NCBI GenBank assembly: GCA_041615815.1 | Contig: JBFJCP010000002.1 | Coordinates: 64,001-128,000 of the forward strand | Direction of reading: 5' to 3' | DNA from: Gemmatimonadales bacterium | GTDB taxonomy: Bacteria; Gemmatimonadota; Gemmatimonadetes; Gemmatimonadales; GWC2-71-9 | DNA: 64,000 nt | Shown: positions 47,742 to 59,485 of the stretch, piece by piece | Layout of the letters: the number at the start of each line of letters is the position of its first letter | Position numbering within the stretch: the stretch's first letter is position 1 | Notes under the pieces: model-generated | What the model was told of the DNA's origin: nothing | The model's database searches: none | Seen by the model: the letters and a program-made list of their open reading frames with translations, nothing else | Program-made: the position numbers and the translations under genes

Positions 47742-48619
47742 TCAGAGCGTCTTGCCAGCGGCGACTTCCTCGGCGCGGCGCCGAAGTGCGGGGGCCTCGA
47801 GCGTGGCACTCATCGCGGGGAGGGCCGCCGTGGGACCCGTCCAGGCCAGCTCGTCCACACGCTGCGCCACCGGCGCTCTGGTATCCAACGTGGCGAGCCG
47901 ACGGAACAGCAATGCAAGGTCTCGCTGCTCGGCCAACGCCCCCGCCAACCGCTCGGCCCCACGAACCGTCACATCCCACTCGGCTCCCGAGCGGGGAATG
48001 TGCTCGAGGTGCTCGTACCGAGCGAGCACGACGGACGTCGATTTCGCGCCCCACCCCTTGATCCCGGGAAACCCATCCGAAGAATCCCCGACCAGCGCTA
48101 AGTAGTCCGGGATCGAGGCGGGGACCACGCCGAACTTTTCCCGTACCCCCTGCGCATCCCGAACCTCCCGCCTGCGCCGGTCGAACTGCACAACCCGCTC
48201 ACCCACGACGCACTGAGCCAGATCCTTGTCCGGCGTGCAGATGAACACGGTGTCCACCCGATCGTCCGCCGCCGCCATGGCCGCACCGGCCGCGAGCCCG
48301 TCATCCGCCTCGAACTCGACCATGGGCCAGACGAGGATGCCGGCGGCGGTCAAGGCCTCTTCCAAGAGCTCGAACTGTGATCTGAGCTCCTGCTCGATAC
48401 CCGAGCCGTCCTTGTACCCCGGCCACAGTTCGTTCCGAAAAGACTCGATGACATGATCGGTGGCCACCGCCACGTGCGTGGCGCCGCTCGTCAGGAGACC
48501 GAGGATGGATTCCACCACCCCACGAGCCGCGGCGACCTCTTGGCCGTGGTGATTGCGCTCTTTGGGGAGCGCGTAGTAGTGGCGGAACAGCTCGTACGTT
48601 CCGTCGATCAGATGGACGT

Positions 48620-48623
<4 letters not shown>
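47742..48623 (-). CDS. 5'-3' exonuclease / flap endonuclease
   Basis: LIDGTYELFR, FEADD, PDKDLAQ, LVGDSSDGFPGIKGWGAK. Confidence 0.93.
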
Positions 48624-50035
<1,412 letters not shown>

Positions 50036-50208
50036 GGAGTTGCTCCCGTGTATCGGCTGGTAGCCGGTGCTCGTGAAGGCGCGTTCATAACCAGCTCATA
50101 TTTAATTATCGCATTATATCTATGTTCTACGTGCCGTGCTGGACCCGCAGCGCCCAGCGCGCTCGCGAACGCGGCCATGAGTCATCCGCCCACAAGGAGC
50201 GACCGTCG

Positions 50209-51474
50209 ATGAAACGCATTGTCATTCTCGGAGCTGGGACGGCCGGAACCATCATGGCGAACCGCCTTCGAAAGCTCTACCGACGGGAAATCCGCCGGGG
50301 ACGTCTCTCCATCACCGTGGTGGATCACGAGACCCGTCACGTGTACCAACCCGGCCTCTTGTTCGTGCCCTTTCAGATCTACGACCCGGCAGAAATCGTG
50401 AGACCCCTGCCCGATCTCTTGCCGCCGGAGATCGACGTCGTGCGCCGTCGCATCGATCGCGTCGAGGCCGAGACGAACCGCGTCCATCTCGAGGATGGGC
50501 GGGTGGTCCCGTACGACGTCTTGATCGTTGCCACCGGTACGCGCATCGCACCGGAGGAGACCGAGGGTCTGACTGGCGACGGCTGGGGCGAGCGCATGTT
50601 CGAGTTCTACACGCTCGACGGAGCCGCTGCACTCGCCCGCAAGCTGGACTCGTGGCCGGGCGGCCGCTTGGCCATCAACGTCGTGGATATGCCCATCAAG
50701 TGCCCCGTTGCGCCCTTGGAGTTTGCCTTCCTGGCAGATTGGTTTTTCACCGAGAGGGGAATACGCGACCGAGTCGATCTCGTCTATGTCACCCCGCTCG
50801 ACGGGGCGTTCACCAAGCCCTTGGCGGCCGAGACGCTTGGCCACCTCCTCCGGGACAAGGGGATCGAGCTCGTCACAGAGTTCAACACGGGCGCGGTGGA
50901 CGGGGCCCACGGTCGGCTGCGCTCGTGGGACGAGCGCACGGTGGACTTCGATCTCTTGGTGAGCATCCCGCTGCACAAAGGGGCGGATTTCGTGGGGCGA
51001 TCTCCCGGACTGGGGGACGATTTGGATTTCGTGCTGACCGATCCGGCCACGCTCCAGGCGAAGGTGAGGAAAAACGTCTTCGCCGTTGGCGACGCCACCA
51101 ACGTCCCGACCTCCAAGGCGGGATCCGTCGCACATTTCCAAGCGGAGGTCCTGACAGACAACATCGGTCGATTCTTGCGTGGGGAGAGGCTGGAGCCCGC
51201 GTTCGATGGGCACGCCAATTGTTTCGTCGAGACCGGATTCCGAAAAGCACTGCTCATCGACTTCAACTACGACGTGGAGCCGTTGCCGGGCAAGTTCCCG
51301 CTCCCAGCTGTCGGCCCCATGAGCCTGCTCAAAGAAAGCCGTCTCAACCATGCGGGGAAGTTGGCATTTCGTTGGATCTACTGGAACTTGTTGCTGCCCG
51401 GTCGCGATCTCCCCGGCATCTCCACGCAGCTGTCGATGCGGGGCAAGAAGCGCGACGCCGTACGGGCGGCCTGA
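50209..51474 (+). CDS. sqr: Sulfide:quinone oxidoreductase-like flavoprotein (type III-like)
   Basis: GAGTAG, YQPG, IKCPVAPLE, GDAT, GHANCF; followed by sulfur relay genes. Confidence 0.8.
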   Translation: MKRIVILGAGTAGTIMANRLRKLYRREIRRGRLSITVVDHETRHVYQPGLLFVPFQIYDPAEIVRPLPDLLPPEIDVVRRRIDRVEAETNRVHLEDGRVVPYDVLIVATGTRIAPEETEGLTGDGWGERMFEFYTLDGAAALARKLDSWPGGRLAINVVDMPIKCPVAPLEFAFLADWFFTERGIRDRVDLVYVTPLDGAFTKPLAAETLGHLLRDKGIELVTEFNTGAVDGAHGRLRSWDERTVDFDLLVSIPLHKGADFVGRSPGLGDDLDFVLTDPATLQAKVRKNVFAVGDATNVPTSKAGSVAHFQAEVLTDNIGRFLRGERLEPAFDGHANCFVETGFRKALLIDFNYDVEPLPGKFPLPAVGPMSLLKESRLNHAGKLAFRWIYWNLLLPGRDLPGISTQLSMRGKKRDAVRAA

Positions 51475-51493
51475 CCCGAGAGGAGCAACCACC

Positions 51494-51817
51494 GTGTCTG
51501 CTACTATGACCACCATCGCCGGGAAGGACGTGGAAGTCGATGGGGAGGGCTTTCTCCAACGACCCGAACAATGGGACAAGACCATTGCCGTGGAACTGGC
51601 TAAACAAGTCGGCATCGATACGCTCACCGATCGCCATTGGCAGGTGATCGAGTACATGCGCAGTCAGTACTTGAATACTGGCTCCGCACCAAGCATTCGC
51701 ACTCTGGGGAAGGCGTCCGGCGTGCCCATCAAAGAGCTGTACCAGCTCTTTCCCAAAGGACCCGCTAAGCTGGCCGCGAAACTCGGTGGGATTCCGAAAC
51801 CCCGCGGCTGTATCTAA
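51494..51817 (+). CDS. tusE: TusE/DsrC-family sulfur relay protein (single Cys)
   Basis: DGEGFL..W, LTDRHWQVI, LYQLFPKGP, GIPKPRGCI. Confidence 0.85.
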   Translation: MSATMTTIAGKDVEVDGEGFLQRPEQWDKTIAVELAKQVGIDTLTDRHWQVIEYMRSQYLNTGSAPSIRTLGKASGVPIKELYQLFPKGPAKLAAKLGGIPKPRGCI

Positions 51818-51829
51818 GGGGGTGGTATC

Positions 51830-52351
51830 ATGGCTGATACACTGACACGAGAACGCGGGGACGGCCATACCCTCGTCGCGGACGAGAAGCCGAGGATCGA
51901 GAAAGTCTCGATCATCATCTCGCGTGGCTCGTTGGAAGGGATCTATCCCGGCCTCATCATGGCCAATGGTGCTCGCATGGACGGGATCGAGGCCAATGTG
52001 TTTTTCACGTTTTTCGGTATGGATGCGATCCACCAAAAGCGCCACGATCACATCAAGGTCGCAACCGTCGGCAATCCCGGTCTGCATCTGGCCACCTGGT
52101 TGGGTGGATTCCCAGGTATGTCCGCCCTTGTCACCCATCAGATGGCGAAAGCCATGGAGAAGTTGGACATTCCTCCAATCCCCGAGTTCATCGAGATGAT
52201 CGCGGACTCCGGCGCCAAGCTCTACGCCTGCAAAGCATCGGTCGACATGTTCAATCTGACGATGGACGATTTCATCCCACAGGTCGATAGCATCATCACG
52301 GTGGGTGAATTCTACGAGACGGCGGCCGGGGGCCAGATTATCTTTACATGA
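51830..52351 (+). CDS. DsrE/DsrF/DrsH-like sulfurtransferase (DsrE2 type)
   Basis: FFTFFGM, KLYACKASVDM, GGQIIFT. Confidence 0.88.
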   Translation: MADTLTRERGDGHTLVADEKPRIEKVSIIISRGSLEGIYPGLIMANGARMDGIEANVFFTFFGMDAIHQKRHDHIKVATVGNPGLHLATWLGGFPGMSALVTHQMAKAMEKLDIPPIPEFIEMIADSGAKLYACKASVDMFNLTMDDFIPQVDSIITVGEFYETAAGGQIIFT

Positions 52352-52430
52352 CGAAGTTCGTTTTTCCGGCAACGGTGGAGGAGCGCTACGGAAGCGAATG
52401 GCGCTCCTTCGTTTTCCATCGAGGTCTGCC

Positions 52431-53357
52431 ATGCGAGAATTGCGAACCGCCGCGCTCTTGGTGCTCGTGGCCGTAGTCATCACCGTCGGCGCGGTGCTCA
52501 TGATGCGCTCCCGTTCAAGAGTCCACGAAACTGCCGGAGCGGGGCAGAGCCTGCTGGTGACGACCGACTGGCTCGCGGCGCGATTGGACGATCCATCGTT
52601 GGTCGTCTTACACGTGGGTCGGGACTCGAGCCGGTATCTCGAAAGCCACGTCCCTGGAGCCCGGTTTCTCCCCATCTCCACCATCGTGGTCGAGCGGGAC
52701 GGCCTGCCGAACGAGATCCCCGACACCGATGACCTGGTGTCAGTCTTCGAAGCCCACGGCGTGGGAGACAACAGCCAGGTCGTGCTCTACGGTGACTATC
52801 GTGGGCTGTGGGCTGCGCGCGTGTTCTTCACGCTCGACTACCTAGGTCTCGGCGACCGAACCGCCCTGCTGGACGGCGGCCTCGAGGTGTGGCGGTCGGA
52901 AGGGCGAGCCGTCTCGCGGGAGCACCCCGCCGCGGTGCGCGCCTCCTTCACCGCTCGGCCGCGGACGGAGTTAGTGGTGGATGCAGCGTGGATAGAGCAA
53001 CGACGCGACCGCTCCACCATCGCGCTCGTCGATGCACGTCCCGAGGAGCAGTATCGGGGAGACGACCCCGGAAGTGGCATCGCGCGCGCCGGACACATTC
53101 CGGGCGCGGTGAGCCTGTTCTGGGAAACCGCGTTGGAGTCCAATGACCGGCCGGTGCTGCGGGATGCCGAAGCCCTCCGGGCCATGTTTCGTGCCCAGGG
53201 CATCGAACCCGGTGACACCGTCGTCACCTATTGCCGGTCCGGGGTACAGGCCAGCCACGCCTATTTTGTGGCCCGTTTGTTGGGTTATCCGCTGAAGCTC
53301 TACGACGGGTCCTTCATTGACTGGAGCAACCACACCACCTACCCCGTGGAACCGTAG
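52431..53357 (+). CDS. Two-domain rhodanese with N-terminal membrane anchor or signal
   Basis: LVTTDWL, HVPGA, LDGG, GHIPGA, active site YCRSGVQA, YDGSFIDW. Confidence 0.92.
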   Translation: MRELRTAALLVLVAVVITVGAVLMMRSRSRVHETAGAGQSLLVTTDWLAARLDDPSLVVLHVGRDSSRYLESHVPGARFLPISTIVVERDGLPNEIPDTDDLVSVFEAHGVGDNSQVVLYGDYRGLWAARVFFTLDYLGLGDRTALLDGGLEVWRSEGRAVSREHPAAVRASFTARPRTELVVDAAWIEQRRDRSTIALVDARPEEQYRGDDPGSGIARAGHIPGAVSLFWETALESNDRPVLRDAEALRAMFRAQGIEPGDTVVTYCRSGVQASHAYFVARLLGYPLKLYDGSFIDWSNHTTYPVEP

Positions 53358-53497
53358 GCCTCGACTCTCTTGACGGAGAGTGGCGCTACCGAGGCGGGTG
53401 TCGCGGGGGCGCTCGGCGTTCTTTATCTTCCAACGGTGGGACCAGAGGCCAAGATTTCAGCTCATTGCCCGATTCTGTCCTAGGGAGTGGTCCGCAA

Positions 53498-54514
53498 ATG
53501 CTTGGTCGTTTCGGCCGCCGAGCCGCCGCATTCTCGCTCCTCGTCACCGCACCATGGGCGGTGGTCACCGCGCAGGAGTCGGGCCTCACGTTGTCCGGAT
53601 TCGTCGTGGATTCCACGTTTGCGGGGATTCCGTCCGTCATCGTGTACCTCGACAGTTTACCCACGTACACGATGACCGACGGTACCGGGGCGTTTCATAT
53701 CGGCCCGGTCAGTCCCGGCAAACACCGCATCTTTTTCCGTAAGGCCTCGTGGAGTCCCACCACGTACGATTTTTCCGTCCGAGAAACCGCCGGCACGGTC
53801 GATATCGGTCTGATTCTTCTCCGGCCGGGGCCGGCTCCCGAGGCATCGATCACCGGAATTGTGCGCGACGCGACCACCAACGATCCCATCGTGGCGGCGG
53901 AGGTCTTGCTCAATGGCACCGTCATGGTGCAGGCTGATGCGCACGGTCGGTTTCACATCGCGCGACGAACCGTGGCCTGGGGCACCAACTTGCTCACCGT
54001 GCGGCGGATCGGATATGCCGCCGTGACCGACATGCTCTGGGTCGAGGATCCCTCCACGGACTTTGAGCTCAACGTGCGCATGTCAGCGACCGCGATACTC
54101 ATGCCGGAAGTCGTCGTGCTGGGCGATCGCGTGATCTACGAGTTTGGGAAGATGCGAGAGTTCTGGCAGCGTCGTCGACTCGGCGAAGGCCACTTCATCA
54201 CCCGTGAGGAGATCGAGGGACAAACCGCCCTCGACACTTCTGACCTGTTGCGTTCGATTCCGGGCCTGCGGATCGAGCGGTTCGGCCTCCGGACCCGGAT
54301 TCTCAGCGCCCGGCGTGGGGACGTGTGTCAGCTAGGCCTCTTCGTGGATGGCATTCCGCTCGTAGGAGACCTCGACATCGATGCCTACACCAGTCCGGAC
54401 ATGATCGACGGGATCGAGATCTACTCGGGTGCCGCCACGATCCCCGCCCAGTACAATCGCTCGGGTGGGTTCGGATCGAGTTGCGGCGCCATCGTCGTGT
54501 GGACGCGCAACTAG
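53498..54514 (+). CDS. Carboxypeptidase-regulatory-like repeats plus TonB-plug-like domain protein
   Basis: Two Cna/CarboxypepD-like domains (RRIGY); GHFITREEI, GIEIY, CGAIVVWTR; no barrel. Confidence 0.8.
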   Translation: MLGRFGRRAAAFSLLVTAPWAVVTAQESGLTLSGFVVDSTFAGIPSVIVYLDSLPTYTMTDGTGAFHIGPVSPGKHRIFFRKASWSPTTYDFSVRETAGTVDIGLILLRPGPAPEASITGIVRDATTNDPIVAAEVLLNGTVMVQADAHGRFHIARRTVAWGTNLLTVRRIGYAAVTDMLWVEDPSTDFELNVRMSATAILMPEVVVLGDRVIYEFGKMREFWQRRRLGEGHFITREEIEGQTALDTSDLLRSIPGLRIERFGLRTRILSARRGDVCQLGLFVDGIPLVGDLDIDAYTSPDMIDGIEIYSGAATIPAQYNRSGGFGSSCGAIVVWTRN

Positions 54515-54602
54515 CACCACCTCACCCAGCAGTCCCCCCACTTGATGCTGCAGCGTTGAGCGCCCACGTTCCCGAGCCACCCTGGGAGCTCGGAGACAGC
54601 CG

Positions 54603-55574
54603 ATGCCCAAGAAGACCAAGCCCAGCGGCACCAAACGCCCCCCGAAAAAAAAGCGGGCTGCGACCCCCAAATCGAGAGGCATCGCCGGGAACCGCCTCGA
54701 GACGGCGAGACCCCCGGCATCGGTCAAGCGTCTCGTGGATTCCATCGCAACCGATGGTGGAGCCGCGCTTGGCATGTATCGAGATCCCTTAGGGGGTCAT
54801 TGGCAGATCCTCGCCGGACTGCCCATCGATCGTGTGGAGCCCACGCCGTTTCAGCGGGATGTCTCCGAGGCCCACGTGGCCCGCCTGGCGGAGGCCATCG
54901 ATAAACTCGACCGATTCCTCGATCCGCTGATCGCGGTCCGGGTCGACGACGGCATGTACTGGGTTCCCAATGGGGCCCACCGGCTCGCCGCCATGCGACA
55001 GCTCGGTGCCAAATCCATCGTCGCCCTCGTGGTGCCCGAGCCAGAGCTCGCGTACCGAATCCTCGCGCTCAACACCGAGAAGGCACACAATCTCCGAGAG
55101 CGTGCCCTCGAGGTGATTCGCATGGCTCAGGGACTCGTCGAGCTCGATGACCGGCCGGAACGGGACTATGCCACCGAGTTCGAGGAGCCGGCCCTGCTGA
55201 CGCTCGGACTGTGCTATCAAGAACGAGGTCGGTTCGCAGGCAGTACCTATCACTCGGTGATCAAGCGGGTCGAGCGATTCCTTACGCCAAGGCTCTCACA
55301 AACGCTGACCATCCGGCGGGACCGGGCCGCCAAACTCGTCGCGCTCGACGACGCCGTGGCAGCCGCCGTGCAGGGCCTCAAAGCCCGCGGGTTCACCAGC
55401 CCATACCTCAAGGCGTTCGTGGTGGCACGGATCAACCCGCTGCGGTTCAAGCGCGGCGGCAAAGCGGAATTTGACGAGACCGTGGACAAGATGGTGCGTG
55501 CGGCGGAGCGGTTCGATCCCGAAAAAATCCGCGCCGATCAAGTGGCGGGCGCATCGGGCCCTGGGGACGAGTGA
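54603..55574 (+). CDS. ParB N-terminal-domain protein
   Basis: VEPTPFQRD, DPLIAV, PNGAHRLAA, ALNTEKAHNL. Confidence 0.85.
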   Translation: MPKKTKPSGTKRPPKKKRAATPKSRGIAGNRLETARPPASVKRLVDSIATDGGAALGMYRDPLGGHWQILAGLPIDRVEPTPFQRDVSEAHVARLAEAIDKLDRFLDPLIAVRVDDGMYWVPNGAHRLAAMRQLGAKSIVALVVPEPELAYRILALNTEKAHNLRERALEVIRMAQGLVELDDRPERDYATEFEEPALLTLGLCYQERGRFAGSTYHSVIKRVERFLTPRLSQTLTIRRDRAAKLVALDDAVAAAVQGLKARGFTSPYLKAFVVARINPLRFKRGGKAEFDETVDKMVRAAERFDPEKIRADQVAGASGPGDE

Positions 55575-55842
55575 GACGCCGGGATACGGCCCCTTATCCC
55601 CTGGGTGCTCCATGGCCGAGAATCCTGGCCCTGCCCCGAATCCGCGGGTGTTTCGAAATCGCGACGCTTTGCCGCCGCGGTGTCGTGGCTCCGCCGCTGG
55701 TAGGTGAGGGGAAGGTGGCGGTGGGCGAACGTGAGATGGGGGGAGTCGCCCTGTAGCGCTCGCGTCACGGACGCGCGCCCGAAATTCTCCTCAGCGCGCT
55801 ACCCGCGTAGACGATTGGGGTGAGATTGCACTGAGCCCGGGC

Positions 55843-56007
55843 TCAGAGTGCTCCCGCCGAACGCCACCGCTCAGGCTTCACCTTGGGGCGTTTGGCCACC
55901 CGTTTGCGTGTTCTGCGCGGGGGCGGGGTCCTCACGAACAAGGTTGCCGTGAGTGCACCGAGCGCGAGGACCGCGAGTCCGAACCAACGCATGCCGTTCT
56001 TCTCCAT
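55843..56007 (-). CDS. 54-aa single-TM protein with basic tail
   Basis: Below ORF-track cutoff: MEKNGMRWFGLAVLALGALTATLFVRTPPPRRTRKRVAKRPKVKPERWRSAGAL; GGAG upstream. Confidence 0.5.
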   Translation of the reverse strand: MEKNGMRWFGLAVLALGALTATLFVRTPPPRRTRKRVAKRPKVKPERWRSAGAL

Positions 56008-56052
56008 AGGCGAGGGCTCCGGTCATAACGACTCTGACCGACCCTTACCAAC

Positions 56053-56069
56053 GGCACACCGCGTGCCAA
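56053..56069 (-). promoter_or_regulatory. Sigma54 -24/-12 promoter candidate
   Basis: TTGGCACGCGGTGTGCC (GG-N10-GC), about 45 bp before the small ORF. Confidence 0.55.
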
Positions 56070-56200
56070 CGCCGCATGCTGCTCGGATGCCACGCCCGGG
56101 GTCGTTTGAACGACTCGAGGGGAGGGCGAGAGACCACGTTACGCGGGCGTTCCGCTGGATACCCAGGTCCTGCGGTTCCCCATCCAATTGGGCTGGGGTC

Positions 56201-57262
56201 TCAGGCGGCCGCCATATCCACGAACGCCTTGAGCTCTTCTTGTAACGACTGACGTTCCTGCGGGCCAATGAACGCCGCCTCGAAGCCACACCGTGTCAGC
56301 TGTATGACATCGTCCCGCGATAGATCGAGCGCGCCACAGACGCTCAAGAAATTGTCTGTCAGATAGCCACCAAAATACGCAGGATCATCGGAGTTCACGG
56401 TCACGTGCAGCTCGAGATCCATGAGCCGTTTCAGGTTGTGGTCTTCCATCCGCTCAAACACCCGAAGCTTCACATTCGAGAGCGGACAAACGGTCAATGG
56501 AATTCGTTCCGAGCGGAGCCGCTCCACCAAACGCATATCCTCGACGCATCGAACGCCGTGGTCGATTCTTCGGACCTTGAGAAGGTCGATCGCCTGCCAG
56601 ATGTACTCTGGTGGCCCTTCCTCGCCTGCGTGCGCAACCGCCAATAACCCTTCGTCCCTGGCCCGATCGAACACCTCGACGAACTTCTCCGGTGGGTGGC
56701 CACGTTCGGACGAATCGAGCCCGACCGCAACCAACCAATCCTTGTAGGGTAGCGCCTGTTCCAGCGTGTCCATCGCGTCGCCGGCATCGAGATGCCGCAG
56801 GAAACACATGATGAGTCCGGTGGACATCTGCAGTTCTTCGGTTGCATCCATCAGGGCGCGATGAATGCCATTCACCACGGTCTCGAACGTCACCCCCCTG
56901 GCCGTATGAGTCTGCGGATCGAAAAAGACCTCGACGTGGCGGACGTTTTCCCGATGCATGCGTTGGAGATAGGCCCACGTGAGGTCGTAGAAGTCTTGCT
57001 CCAACTGGAGGACGCGCGCCCCCTGGTAGTAAATGTCGAGAAACGACTGGAGGTCGGAGAAACGGTACGCGTCCCGGACCTGGTCCACGGAATCGAACGG
57101 GAGCCGGACACCATTGCGTTCCGCGAGGGTGAACATGAGCTCCGGCTCGAGGGTGCCCTCGACATGGAGATGCAACTCGACCTTGGGGAGGCCTCGAATG
57201 AAATCCTCGAGCGACCCAGGCTTCGCAGGCGCTCGCACTTCAGACCGCCCGTCCGAAGGCAC
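56201..57262 (-). CDS. add: Adenosine/adenine deaminase
   Basis: [36 protein letters not shown]. Confidence 0.95.
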   Translation of the reverse strand: MPSDGRSEVRAPAKPGSLEDFIRGLPKVELHLHVEGTLEPELMFTLAERNGVRLPFDSVDQVRDAYRFSDLQSFLDIYYQGARVLQLEQDFYDLTWAYLQRMHRENVRHVEVFFDPQTHTARGVTFETVVNGIHRALMDATEELQMSTGLIMCFLRHLDAGDAMDTLEQALPYKDWLVAVGLDSSERGHPPEKFVEVFDRARDEGLLAVAHAGEEGPPEYIWQAIDLLKVRRIDHGVRCVEDMRLVERLRSERIPLTVCPLSNVKLRVFERMEDHNLKRLMDLELHVTVNSDDPAYFGGYLTDNFLSVCGALDLSRDDVIQLTRCGFEAAFIGPQERQSLQEELKAFVDMAAA

Positions 57263-57771
57263 CCAGCGGCAAACCGACCCACGTGATTCGTTTCATCGAG
57301 AAGCCCCCAGGGTCCATGCGGGGGGAGACCTAGTGGGTGCAGAGAGGATCCAGCCGAAGGAGAGCGCTGTCAAGTGGCCGGTCCGGGGATCGCGGTCGCC
57401 ACCGCATCAATCCCGGACCTGGCTTTGTGGCACACGGCCGTGACGAGCCCTGGCAGGTCTCAGGGGACTCCACACGAGGAATAGCACATGCGATCAACCA
57501 TCCGATGCCTGTTCCTGGTCACGGGCCTCGTCACCTCGTTCGCTCCCGCCGGGCAAGCTCAGACCGCCCTGGCCGTGGGTTTCACGTTGACCTCCAGGAA
57601 AACGGACATCCCACCTGCGTTATGGACGCCGCGTGGGGCATCTGTCGTCGAAACGTGACAGCAACCCGTCGAGGTTCCAGAGGTCCTGAAACCGCCAAGG
57701 GGACTTCGTGGTTGTTTTGGGGAAGTGGGTCGTGAATAACGAGTATGAAACTCGTTGGGATTCAGCGGTCC

Positions 57772-58071
57772 TCAGACAACTTCGCCGTTGCCGGACATGC
57801 CGCCCTCGGCCAATAAGGCGCGTCCATGCAGATAGACGCTCCCCAGCTCCGATGCTACATCATCTGCAAAGCCATTGTTTGTCAGAAACCCGAACAGCGA
57901 TTCCTTGCTTAGCAACGCTTGATTCGCGTGACACGTACGCACGAAGTCGTAGAATAGACGCCAGTCGCGGGGGCGCAGTCGAGAAATCCTCGCGCTTGCC
58001 GTGAAGGTCTCGAGCGTTTTCCACGCGGTGGGGGGGAGGTAGTCGAGCACTTCGGTCTCGGCGTATCGCAT
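57772..58071 (-). CDS. Hypothetical helical protein
   Basis: 99 aa with protein-like amphipathic pattern (DWRLFYDFVRTCH...GF..VASEL..VY..GRALL). Confidence 0.6.
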   Translation of the reverse strand: MRYAETEVLDYLPPTAWKTLETFTASARISRLRPRDWRLFYDFVRTCHANQALLSKESLFGFLTNNGFADDVASELGSVYLHGRALLAEGGMSGNGEVV

Positions 58072-58309
58072 TGTGCGCTCGCTGGCGTTTCACATCCCGA
58101 TTGTGGAGGGATTCTCAATGCTGCGCGGTGAAACTACGCCGAGTCCGTGGCAGGTTCCGTGAGCTTTGTCACCAGGCAAACATGACGCTAAGTGTGTGCA
58201 AGGACTCGGAAGTTCGCGACAGACGATGGGCGGAATACGCCGCTCAAATTCCGGCGTGCTCGTATGCCTGACCTTGCATTTTCCTTGATTCGTTAGCCCG
58301 AGGTTTGCA

Positions 58310-58774
58310 ATGCCCGCACGGAGCGCCGGACTCCTGATGTACCGACGGACGGATTCCGCGCTGGAGGTATTCCTCGTCCACCCAGGGGGTCCTTTCTGGG
58401 CGCACAAGGACTATGGGGCCTGGACGATCCCCAAAGGCGAGATCGGCCCGCACGAGGATCCGCTCTCGGCGGCGAAACGCGAGTTCCTGGAAGAAACGGG
58501 CGTCGCACCGGAAGGTCCATTCCTCGAGCTGACGCCCATTCGGCAGCGGGGAGGGAAGGTCGTGCAGGCGTGGGCCTTCGAGGGGACCTGCGATCCGGAT
58601 GGCATTACCAGCAACACATTCGAGTTGGAGTGGCCGCCCCGCTCCGGCCGTCGGCGCCAATACCCGGAGATCGACCGTGCCGCCTTTTATTCCGTGAAGC
58701 AAGCGCTTCGCAAAATCAATTCCGCGCAGGCGGCGTTGATCGATGAGCTCGTCAGCAGACTGGCCACCACCTGA
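58310..58774 (+). CDS. NUDIX hydrolase
   Basis: SAGLLMYR, HPGGPFW, PKGE...AKREFLEETG, PEIDRA. Confidence 0.93.
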   Translation: MPARSAGLLMYRRTDSALEVFLVHPGGPFWAHKDYGAWTIPKGEIGPHEDPLSAAKREFLEETGVAPEGPFLELTPIRQRGGKVVQAWAFEGTCDPDGITSNTFELEWPPRSGRRRQYPEIDRAAFYSVKQALRKINSAQAALIDELVSRLATT

Positions 58775-58888
58775 CGTCGCACGCGGCACCCTGCGGCGTG
58801 TCGTGCGGCATACCGGTGCCAACGCGATCGTGACGGGTGTCACACTCTTCAAAACACATATTGGAAAGGACTTACGAGCGCACGCCGG

Positions 58889-58904
58889 CGGTATGGTGCT
58901 TGCG
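58889..58904 (+). promoter_or_regulatory. Sigma54 -24/-12 promoter candidate
   Basis: CGGTATGGTGCTTGCG (GG-N10-GC with TTGC); AT-rich tract and GTGAC-N4-GTCAC upstream. Confidence 0.45.
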
Positions 58905-58980
58905 TCTGTTGGACTCCGCAAATCACACCATCGCGTCCGGTACCGGCGGCTGTTGGCCGAGAACCCAGGGAGATTGGGTC

Positions 58981-59331
58981 ATGGGGAAGAGTGACAAATA
59001 CAAGACCAAGAAGGAGCTGCTGGCGGAGCTCGAGGAGCTGCGGGAACGCTTCTCGTTATTAGAGGAGCAGTCGACCAACGGAAATAGCGCATCCGCGGCA
59101 CCTCATGAAGTCCGGCCGTCCGCACAGCTCGACCATATATCGTTTGAGGAGGTTTCGCTCACCGAGGTAGCCGACGCTGTGACGATGGCGTTGGAGAACG
59201 TGGTTCCAAAATCGGTCGATATTCGCTTCACGGCCGAAGAGCGGATGGGTTTGGTTTTCCCAGACCGGGATGTGGCCCATCAGGTGATCGTCAACCTCTA
59301 CCTCGCCCGATCGACGGCCTTCCGTCACTAA
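58981..59331 (+). CDS. Small protein resembling fragments of a histidine kinase
   Basis: KTKKELLAELEELRERF coiled coil; C-terminal ..HQVIVNLYL resembles an N-box lead-in. Confidence 0.6.
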   Translation: MGKSDKYKTKKELLAELEELRERFSLLEEQSTNGNSASAAPHEVRPSAQLDHISFEEVSLTEVADAVTMALENVVPKSVDIRFTAEERMGLVFPDRDVAHQVIVNLYLARSTAFRH

Positions 59332-59353
59332 GCGCACCGAACTTCGAGGCTTC

Positions 59354-59391
59354 ACGACGCCCGGCTGAGCGACACCTAGGCCGGGCGTCGT
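59354..59391 (+). terminator. GC-rich hairpin
   Basis: 12-bp stem ACGACGCCCGGC/GCCGGGCGTCGT downstream of stop. Confidence 0.4.
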
Positions 59392-59485
59392 CGCGATATC
59401 TCCCCACCGCGGCTCGCTGACACTCCGATCTTCGCGTACAATTCGCGGATTAGGGCAAGACACACTCGAAGGGGAGGAGCCTCCT

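Noticed and set aside
51494..51817. DsrC as evidence of dissimilatory sulfate reduction
   Set aside because: It lacks the second conserved Cys, and no dsrAB is present in the window
57559..57595. Strong RBS followed by an 8-codon minus-strand ORF (MKPTARAV)
   Set aside because: Too short to support, with no attenuator features recognised
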